Origin: Syntrophales bacterium
GTDB lineage: Bacteria; Desulfobacterota; Syntrophia; Syntrophales; PHBD01
Assembly (NCBI GenBank): GCA_963668175.1
Contig: OY764159.1
Span: 1 to 64,000, forward strand
DNA: 64,000 bases
Direction: 5' to 3'
The number at the start of each line of letters is the position of its first letter. The first letter of the stretch is position 1. The notes under the pieces are model-generated. The model saw nothing but the letters and a program-made list of their open reading frames with translations, was not told the origin of the DNA and made no database searches. Position numbers and translations under genes: made by a program. Below, piece after piece: positions 29,631 to 37,101 of the stretch.

Positions 29631-30314
29631 ATGGACATCAGGTTATTCCTTAAAAATATCGATCTCTTCAAAGATATTCCGGAAGAACAGATCACAAAGC
29701 TTGCGGAAATGACGCAACTGTCAAACTATGAGAAGGGTGAACGCATTTTTTACGAGGGTGATCACGCGGACGGCTTCTTCGTCGTTCATTCAGGAAGGGT
29801 GAAAATATTTAAACTATCCGGTGAAGGCAAGGAGCAAATCCTTCATGTCATGGAACCCGGAGATCCATTCGGTGAGGTTCCCATGTTTGCCGGCGGCCGT
29901 TATCCGGCGGATGCGGAAACAGTCGAACCCAGCCTGCTGCTCTTCTTCTCCCGAAAAGCTTTCACGGATGTGATCAGCCGGGAGCCTTCGCTCGCCATGA
30001 GTATGATGGCATCTCTTTCCAGGCGACTCTTACATTTGACAACCTTAATTGAAAATCTATCTTTGAAAGAAGTCCCGGAAAGGCTGGCATCCTACCTCCT
30101 CTATTTGCATGATCGAGATAAAATAGCCGATATCGATCTCCGTATATCGAAGGGGCAATTGGCTAACATCTTGGGAACAAGCCCTGAAACCCTATCCCGT
30201 ACTTTGGGCAGGATGTCTTCTCGGGGCATTATTAAAGTACTGGGGCGGAATATCCGCTTACTGGATCCGGAAGCCATGAAAGAAATAGCCACAGGGCTGC
30301 GGTTCAAAGGGTGA
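29631..30314 (+). CDS. Crp/Fnr family regulator (HcpR/Dnr-like)
   Basis: cNMP-binding fold (GDPFGEV), ERLASYL, HTH GTSPETLSRTL; no FNR Cys cluster. Confidence 0.9.
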   Translation: MDIRLFLKNIDLFKDIPEEQITKLAEMTQLSNYEKGERIFYEGDHADGFFVVHSGRVKIFKLSGEGKEQILHVMEPGDPFGEVPMFAGGRYPADAETVEPSLLLFFSRKAFTDVISREPSLAMSMMASLSRRLLHLTTLIENLSLKEVPERLASYLLYLHDRDKIADIDLRISKGQLANILGTSPETLSRTLGRMSSRGIIKVLGRNIRLLDPEAMKEIATGLRFKG

Positions 30315-30921
30315 CCATGGATTCAGGTGCCGCTACCAGGAAATTGCCGAAATTTCAACGTATACGTCTCCATAAAAATTTCATTTCTGATGAGATGCAT
30401 GAGAACGGAACACCGTTTAAGATTAACAGATAGTCCTATCCTACCGAATAGCCCAATTAGCGCCACGCTCGTTATGCAATGCAATGCATTATGGGCGTAC
30501 ATGCGGCCCGATACGCTCCAGTTTTTATTGTATTGATATTTATACGTTTATTAGGAAATTTCGTCACATGCGTCGAGGACTCGAAGTCGGGCAATCTGTA
30601 GAAAATATTGTAAACAAAGCCGACAAAAATGATTTAATATGATGTTCCAACAGGGTAGCGATTCGGCATTCGATAATAAAATCAATTATGTTTAACTTGG
30701 TATCTGATAAGACTCGTTTGTAAAATTAATTGACATCGGTCCACCAACAGATTCTCTGCTCGAATAGAAATGATAGTTATTTTATATTATACACTTACAA
30801 CAATTACGATTGTCTTTCCATAGGACCCGGCGACCATATTGAAACGTTTGCCTAATAAGACCTGTTCATTGAACCTTCCTAAAACGGTCAGTTCAATCAT
30901 TTTTAAGAAAAGGATGGGCGG

Positions 30922-31416
30922 TTACATGAGGTAATTTTGAAGGGCTTTATAGCTTACCAGGTCGGTATTCACGAAGGAGGCTCCGATCTGAACAGATTCC
31001 TCCGTCCTGACGACATTGCGTGGTTCACATGTTATAAAAATCGGCAGGTTTTCGTTAGGAAGGGTAAAAATAATTTCCAGTTTCTCGGACGTAGCGTTGC
31101 TTACGATCTCATATTGTATACCGCTTGGCATCTTGATTCTGACGCCGCCAAAGGAAATATCAATAATTGAGCCTGTATGATATTTTGCTTCGCCTGATTC
31201 ATGATGTTTTATGAGCGTGGCCGCGGATATGTTCTTCCTCTTATATTGACGTCTTTCATCTTTTATGGCCGCAGAAATCTTTCTGTTCTGCAAGTAATCC
31301 GTCAAAACGAATTCGATAACGGATGATAATGATCTCTTCTCCTCTTGTGCAGCTTTTTGCAGGGATTCATGCAGATCTTCACTTGCACGGAAACAGATCA
31401 CATTCTTCTTAGACAT
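30922..31416 (-). CDS. Ribbon-helix-helix plus PilZ domain protein
   Basis: N-terminal VICFRASEDLHESLQKAA..KRSLSSVIE; PilZ motifs RQYKR (RxxxR) and DISFGG (DxSxxG). Confidence 0.8.
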   Translation of the reverse strand: MSKKNVICFRASEDLHESLQKAAQEEKRSLSSVIEFVLTDYLQNRKISAAIKDERRQYKRKNISAATLIKHHESGEAKYHTGSIIDISFGGVRIKMPSGIQYEIVSNATSEKLEIIFTLPNENLPIFITCEPRNVVRTEESVQIGASFVNTDLVSYKALQNYLM

Positions 31417-31466
31417 ATCGTTCGCTCTATATTAAGTTACAGTAATGAGATATTACATAAGGACAT

Positions 31467-31482
31467 TGCATAAACTGTGCCT
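31467..31482 (-). promoter_or_regulatory. Sigma54 -24/-12 promoter of the RHH-PilZ gene
   Basis: Minus strand AGGCACAGTTTATGCA (GG-N10-GC), about 50 bp before the ATG. Confidence 0.7.
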
Positions 31483-31603
31483 ACGAAAAGCGACCTGCTG
31501 CAGCCTTGGTGACAACTATGGCAAACATTTGTCTTTATTGCAGAAACAAGAAACAAGGCGGAGCATTCGGCGGCAATTTTTCTGTTTTTCTTATATAAAG
31601 AAT

Positions 31604-31620
31604 TGTAAAGAATAATGACA
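31604..31620 (-). promoter_or_regulatory. Enhancer box TGT-N11-ACA upstream of the RHH-PilZ gene
   Basis: Minus strand TGTCATTATTCTTTACA, 121 bp before the sigma54 element. Confidence 0.6.
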
Positions 31621-31827
31621 TCTTCGCGGAGATGAACCGTCAAAAAAACTTCCATCCCGGCTTCAGGTCAAAAAACTGACATGTGCCTTTCGAAAACCAT
31701 CGTATAACAATATACCGGCCTGATTGTTTTACATGATTAGGACGAGACACCTTCAGAAATGAAACTATTGACAGATTGGGACACGAAGGTTACGTATCCA
31801 TAACCATTCGGATGCGGAACTCATAGT

Positions 31828-31870
31828 AAAAAAGGAGCCGCATCTCCGCAAAAGCAGAACGGCCCCTTCT
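31828..31870 (-). terminator. Intrinsic terminator of pilMNOPQ
   Basis: Minus strand AGAAGGGGCCG...CGGCTCCTTTTTT. Confidence 0.7.
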
Positions 31871-31898
31871 CTTGTTCAATTTCTGATGAATACCGGAT

Positions 31899-33644
31899 TT
31901 AGCTTTTCGTTAAGGCGTTATCGCCGATCTTCTTCTCCGGACTGGTCTTTATGATTTTCGGTGTCACGAAAATCAGCAATTGACGGCGTGTCTTCGTAAT
32001 ATCCTCTTCTTTGAACAGCCATCCCAAGACGGGGATTTTTGACAGCCACGGCACACCGGATACGGCTTTTGTGTCTTCCGTACGGCGTACCCCTCCGATG
32101 ACGATCGTATCGCCGTCATTGATCACAATCTTCGATTCGACCTTGCTGGTATTGATGGGCGGGTTCCCTTGCAGCTGCGCAGCCTTCGCGTAATCTGCCG
32201 AATCGTTTGTGGCAAGAATTTCCATGGAAATCTTGCCCTCGGAGGTAATCGTAGGCTTAACCTCCAGCTTCAGCACCGCCTTCTTAAACGTGACCGTCGC
32301 CGGGGAAGAGGCACTGGCAGGCGTCACATAGGGGATATCGTCGCCCTGTTCGATGATGGCCTTGACGTTATCCATCGTTGTCACTTTCGGGGAGGAGATA
32401 ATCTTACCCTGGCTCGTCGTTTCCAAGGCCTGCAATTGGGCTTCCAGAAGCATGTTTGCCCCGCCGATGACAAACCCCAAGGTCGGGGATGCCACTGCCG
32501 AGGGGAAATTGGTGGCTGCCATCTGGATCGCTTTATTCGTAGTCGCATCTATGTAACCGATGCCGTCGGGATAGAAAAAAGACTTGGCATTGGTCTGCGC
32601 GGTGTTGGTTCCTCCGGATATCCCGTAGACATAGTCTCCCGAACTGAATTTCTGATTCGTGGCCGTACCCCAGCGGACGCCCAGATTACGGACAAATGTA
32701 TCGTTGGCATCGACGATTTTGGCTTCAATCGCGATTTGCCTCAGCCGCCCTTGTTCAGCCAACTGCTTCTGTTCTTCTTCCTTACGCTTCTTCTGTTCCT
32801 CGACGACAGCGGCTTCTGCTTTTCTCCGTTCTTCCGCATCTTTTCTGAATTTCTCCGCCGTCATGATCCATATCACGTTGTCCGCTTGTGTCATGGCCAG
32901 GCTGTTCAGCGAAACGATCGTATCCAGCGCCTGGTCCCAGGGAACATTCTTCATGGATATCGTTACGGTCCCCTTCACATCTTCGCTGGAAACGATACTC
33001 CTGCCGCTTACTTCCGATAACAATCTCAAAACGGATTTGATATTCGCATCCTGAAAATCGAGTGTAATCTTTTGTCCTGTGTACTTATTTGCGGGGCTTG
33101 CGTCGTTATTATCGTAAGTTGACTTTGCCTCCGCGGGACTGTTCGCAGATACATCTTTAGGTTTTTGAGCCGCCAGCGACGTCTTTCCCGCCAGAGATGA
33201 AACATTAAAATCGAGGATGATCGTATGTCCGTTCTGCCTGATGTTATAGGGAACCCGCTCTTTAAGATCGATGGTGACAGTCGCCCATTGCTTCGCTCCA
33301 TTCGTTTTCTGCTCGGCAATCGCAGCGTTGACATTATCCAACAATCCTTCACCGCGGGGAGATCGCAGATCCTCCGGCACACTGGTATCGTCCAGTCGTA
33401 TTGTGACGGATTTGCCGGTTTGATCTTCAGCCTTAAAAGGTGTCGGCTTGGAAAGCGTGATGATGACGCGCTCCTTGCCTTTCAGTTTCTGAAAATCAAT
33501 CTTTTCAACAGCTCCGGAACCGCCGGCCGCAGCCCCCTTCGATTTGACATCATCGGCCGCGTTGATCATATAGGGCATGCCCATGAAACACAGGACAGTG
33601 CAGACCGCAATGATCACCATAGTTTTGACATCGAATATTCTCAT
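31899..33644 (-). CDS. pilQ: Type IV pilus secretin
   Basis: AMIN-like region; N0 ITLDFQDA..NVPWDQALD; secretin QIAIEAKIV, GDTIVIGG, VPWLSKIPVLGWLFK, LIFVTPKI. Confidence 0.95.
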   Translation of the reverse strand: MRIFDVKTMVIIAVCTVLCFMGMPYMINAADDVKSKGAAAGGSGAVEKIDFQKLKGKERVIITLSKPTPFKAEDQTGKSVTIRLDDTSVPEDLRSPRGEGLLDNVNAAIAEQKTNGAKQWATVTIDLKERVPYNIRQNGHTIILDFNVSSLAGKTSLAAQKPKDVSANSPAEAKSTYDNNDASPANKYTGQKITLDFQDANIKSVLRLLSEVSGRSIVSSEDVKGTVTISMKNVPWDQALDTIVSLNSLAMTQADNVIWIMTAEKFRKDAEERRKAEAAVVEEQKKRKEEEQKQLAEQGRLRQIAIEAKIVDANDTFVRNLGVRWGTATNQKFSSGDYVYGISGGTNTAQTNAKSFFYPDGIGYIDATTNKAIQMAATNFPSAVASPTLGFVIGGANMLLEAQLQALETTSQGKIISSPKVTTMDNVKAIIEQGDDIPYVTPASASSPATVTFKKAVLKLEVKPTITSEGKISMEILATNDSADYAKAAQLQGNPPINTSKVESKIVINDGDTIVIGGVRRTEDTKAVSGVPWLSKIPVLGWLFKEEDITKTRRQLLIFVTPKIIKTSPEKKIGDNALTKS

Positions 33645-34240
33645 TGTTTCACCTCTTCTTCCCTATGAAGCAGTAGGACGATTCGCTTTGCTTTGGCGTT
33701 GCTTTGTTTTTCTTCAACGATCACACGGTCGGCAAGGATTTCCACAACGCGACCGTGATTCTGTCCTATAGACGTCCCGACAAATAGCGGATAAAATTTC
33801 TTATCCTTCCTGTCCTCCACCATAGCGGCACGGCCCTTCTGGCTTCCGGCAATACCAACCAACGTGTATTGTTCCACATCGAGCCTCTGCAGGGGCGACA
33901 GCGGAATGGCCTTAGTTGCTGCTTTTACCGGCTTGGGCTCAAGTTCCATAAACGGCTTGAAGGGGTCTGTTTTTCCGACCGACGTGTATTTATAAGTCTC
34001 CGGCGGTGTCAACGTTGCCTTGGCTGCAGAGATGTCGGCCAGGGAAGGCTGGCCCTTCACCGGTGTGGTGACGGCAGGTTTCGGTGCGGGAACTTTCGTC
34101 TCCTTAGCCGTCATAAGTGCCGACGCTGTCGTAACGGAAGAGATCCCCGCATAAGTCGAGACCGGCATCACAACGAACGCAGCCGTGCCTGCTATCAAGG
34201 ACCACATGATGATCATTCCTGATTTATTTTGTTTTCGCAT
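33641..34240 (-). CDS. pilP: Type IV pilus alignment protein
   Basis: DPFKPF, SPLQRLD, LVGI, IGQNHGRVVEI; position in operon. Confidence 0.9.
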   Translation of the reverse strand: MRKQNKSGMIIMWSLIAGTAAFVVMPVSTYAGISSVTTASALMTAKETKVPAPKPAVTTPVKGQPSLADISAAKATLTPPETYKYTSVGKTDPFKPFMELEPKPVKAATKAIPLSPLQRLDVEQYTLVGIAGSQKGRAAMVEDRKDKKFYPLFVGTSIGQNHGRVVEILADRVIVEEKQSNAKAKRIVLLLHREEEVKQ

Positions 34241-34931
34241 CCTTCTTTTCCAGAAACATGTAGGTTTTGATCACACAGGACGTATTCAGGAGACGGCCCC
34301 GTCCCCTCACGTCCTTCCCCTCACCCATGTTGATGTCGAAAATATTGACAATCCGGGACAGTTTCGCCACCTTGTCAAAAAAGATTGCCGTGTTGTGAAA
34401 TCCTCCGTGAACGGTTACCCGCACGGGAATCTCCTCATAAAACGATTCCTGCTGCGGGGGTTTCTTCCCGGCAGGGGCTGCAGGCTTTCCATCCTGAGGT
34501 TTCTGCTCGGCACGCTGATCGGACGGTTTCAGATTTGCTTTGACTTCCGCACCCGCAGATGCAGGCTTCTCGGCCGCCCTTGGTTCGAAAAGGATGAAAT
34601 CGACGCCGGCCTCCTTGCCTGCTTCGGCAACGGCAAGGAACAACCCGGGGATTTCCTTCTGCTCCGGGAGCTTGGCCAGTGCAATATTGAGAAGCTCTTT
34701 GAGTGCCTTGACTTCCTCTATATACTTTTGCTTTTGCTTAGCGATAACCTCTTTCTCTTTAATCTGCTGCTGCAAGTCTGCCAGTTTCTTATCGAGAGCG
34801 CTTTTATTGGCCATGGCCGCATCCAGATAAAGAAACCAGAACAGATAACTGATAAGAAGAATAATCAGGCCCGCCAGCAGAGCTTTAATCTGCGGGGACA
34901 TATTCTTAAGATCGTCCATCGAGATTGCCAT
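34224..34931 (-). CDS. pilO: Type IV pilus alignment protein
   Basis: LPEQKEIPGL, FYEEIPV, GGFH..FFDKVAKLSRIVNI. Confidence 0.93.
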   Translation of the reverse strand: MAISMDDLKNMSPQIKALLAGLIILLISYLFWFLYLDAAMANKSALDKKLADLQQQIKEKEVIAKQKQKYIEEVKALKELLNIALAKLPEQKEIPGLFLAVAEAGKEAGVDFILFEPRAAEKPASAGAEVKANLKPSDQRAEQKPQDGKPAAPAGKKPPQQESFYEEIPVRVTVHGGFHNTAIFFDKVAKLSRIVNIFDINMGEGKDVRGRGRLLNTSCVIKTYMFLEKKDAKTK

Positions 34932-34935
34932 AGCT

Positions 34936-35484
34936 CTATATTTTCCTCTTCGTTGCGCATTTTAAAGTAAATTGTTGCAGTTTGACGCCTGCAATTTCTT
35001 TCTCTTTTGAGGCAATCAGATCAACCGATTTGATGAAACTGGCCATTTCGAGAATCTTCATGAATCGGGCAACGGCAATGCTGTCTCTCCCCATCCCTTC
35101 GATATTTAAATCCGTCCCCGTTTCCGTTATCTTATCGAGCCAGATGTCTCTCGACGGCACGATGCTGGCAAACTGATCGAGCATTTGCACGGGATACAAA
35201 CGGTTCTCTTCCAGGGATTTTATGATTTCCAGTTTCTTTTCGATGACTTGTTTATCGGCCTTAACAATCTCTATCTCGCCGATAATCTTCGTCAGGGTCG
35301 CAAGTCTGGTCTCGCTGTTCTTGATTTCCGTCTCAAGGCTGTTGATACTCATCGTCATGTAAAAGAAAACGGCGACAATCAGGATGAAAAAGAGCGCGAA
35401 AGAAGCTCCGACGATAATGAGCTGACTGGTCCTCGTTTCCTTTTTCTTCTTTTCAATATAGGGAAGAAGGTTGATCCGGATCAT
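34936..35484 (-). CDS. pilN: Type IV pilus alignment protein
   Basis: MIRINLLP motif, TM helix, coiled coil. Confidence 0.93.
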   Translation of the reverse strand: MIRINLLPYIEKKKKETRTSQLIIVGASFALFFILIVAVFFYMTMSINSLETEIKNSETRLATLTKIIGEIEIVKADKQVIEKKLEIIKSLEENRLYPVQMLDQFASIVPSRDIWLDKITETGTDLNIEGMGRDSIAVARFMKILEMASFIKSVDLIASKEKEIAGVKLQQFTLKCATKRKI

Positions 35485-36563
35485 CGGTCTCCGACCCTCC
35501 TTAATGCCAATCCCACTCCGACAGCGGCAATGGGGGCAACTTGTTCAATTTGTGAAACATCCAGCGCTTTCTTCCCGATTTCCATCTTCTTAAAGGGATT
35601 GGCGATTTCCGCTTCAACGTTGAGCCTGTGAGACAAATCGGCAGCGATCCCCGGTATGTTGGCACACCCGCCGGAAATCAGCACTCTTTTGACTGATTCG
35701 CCTCCATATGTGGATGTAAAGTACTCGACGGATCTTTCTATCTCGGCGCATATGGGTTCCGCATAGGTGAGCAGGTTGTCCCGGATTTCTTTGGCTGCGT
35801 TTTCATCGGACGCAACACCTCCGATCTTAATGCTTTCCGCCTCGTCAAAAGATACGCCCAATTTTCCCTGGACGGCCTCCGTCACGGCATTGCCTCCCAG
35901 AGTGAAATCCCTGGTGAATATCGAACCTGCATTTTGAACCACGTTGATATTGGTTATGCTGGCCCCGATATTGACGAGAACGATGATGTCATTCTCGTCA
36001 TATTTATAATTCTCTTCATACATGGTCTCGATGGCAAAAGAATCGACATCCATGATCGTCGTCGAAAGACCGGCATCGGTTAAGACATCCGTATAGCTGT
36101 TGATCACATCTTTTTTCGCAGCAACCAACAGCACATTCATCTGGTTGGGATTGTAATCGGTGGGTCCTAAAATCTGGAAATCGAAATTGACATCGTTCAT
36201 ATTATCGAAAGGCAGATATTTCCCTGCTTCATCATGGATCAATTCCCGCAGTTCTTTGTCCTCCATGGTGGCGAAATTCACCTTCTTTACAATCACGGAA
36301 TGGCCGGAAAGAGAAGTCACGATGCCTTTGGTGGCAAGGCCGGTGCGCTTGAATAGCTCTTTGAGTCTGTCGGTAAGTGTTCTGGGATCCTGGAGTATGC
36401 CGTCCACGATGACACCCCTGGGCAGGGCAAGCATCGAAAAGTGGTTCAACAGATACCCTTGCGCAGTATCCAGAATTTCAACGAGTTTTAATGAACTCGA
36501 TCCGATATCGAGGCCAACGACGGGCTTTCTTCGGCCAAAAAGATACTTGATTTCGTCGAACAT
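35481..36563 (-). CDS. pilM: Type IV pilus assembly protein (actin-like)
   Basis: VGLDIGSSSLK, VNIGA, SGGCA, AVGVGLALR. Confidence 0.95.
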   Translation of the reverse strand: MFDEIKYLFGRRKPVVGLDIGSSSLKLVEILDTAQGYLLNHFSMLALPRGVIVDGILQDPRTLTDRLKELFKRTGLATKGIVTSLSGHSVIVKKVNFATMEDKELRELIHDEAGKYLPFDNMNDVNFDFQILGPTDYNPNQMNVLLVAAKKDVINSYTDVLTDAGLSTTIMDVDSFAIETMYEENYKYDENDIIVLVNIGASITNINVVQNAGSIFTRDFTLGGNAVTEAVQGKLGVSFDEAESIKIGGVASDENAAKEIRDNLLTYAEPICAEIERSVEYFTSTYGGESVKRVLISGGCANIPGIAADLSHRLNVEAEIANPFKKMEIGKKALDVSQIEQVAPIAAVGVGLALRRVGDR

Positions 36564-36685
36564 TGAACCCCCACACAATATTATCTTTCCATCTGTAGAG
36601 TTGCTATACTAACAGATCGTCATTATAAACAGTGACATGAATCACAAATTAGCAATTTATTACTGATTCATTCACTCTTATCGGA

Positions 36686-36952
36686 TCATTTGGTAAATCG
36701 GTAGACGATATCCCCTTTCCTGACCATGCCCAGTTCATTTCTCGCTATCATTTCTATATATGGCAGATTTGATCTTAGTAAAAGGATCTTTTTCTTCATC
36801 TCATTATTTTCGGCAGTAAGTTCTTGATTCTGTTTCTTGATGTCGTCAAGCCGTCTTAACATTTTATAATTGTCGACGAGCCCTCTGTTGCCGAAAACAA
36901 TCAATATCCCCATAAACATTGTAAATATAACGAGATATCTCCCCACCTTCAT
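36686..36952 (-). CDS. ftsB: Septum formation initiator (FtsB/DivIC family)
   Basis: TM helix, FGNRGL, coiled coil, IEMIARNELGMVRKGD. Confidence 0.85.
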   Translation of the reverse strand: MKVGRYLVIFTMFMGILIVFGNRGLVDNYKMLRRLDDIKKQNQELTAENNEMKKKILLLRSNLPYIEMIARNELGMVRKGDIVYRFTK

Positions 36953-37101
36953 TATGAATATCGCCCCGAAAAAGATGAAAAACGAGACCTGGAAAATTCA
37001 TGATGAGAAATATATAACAAAAATAGAGAGTTTGCAATACAAAAAAACAAAATATGAAAAAAATATTTACAAAGGGAATACAAGTTCGACTTTTATGAAT
37101 A

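Noticed and set aside
30315..31898. CRISPR array or IS remnant in the long AT-rich intergenic stretches
   Set aside because: No regularly spaced direct repeats, cas genes or transposase fragments were seen
36564..36685. Cyclic dinucleotide riboswitch upstream of pilM, as in Geobacter
   Set aside because: The short AT-rich leader has no GEMM-like core
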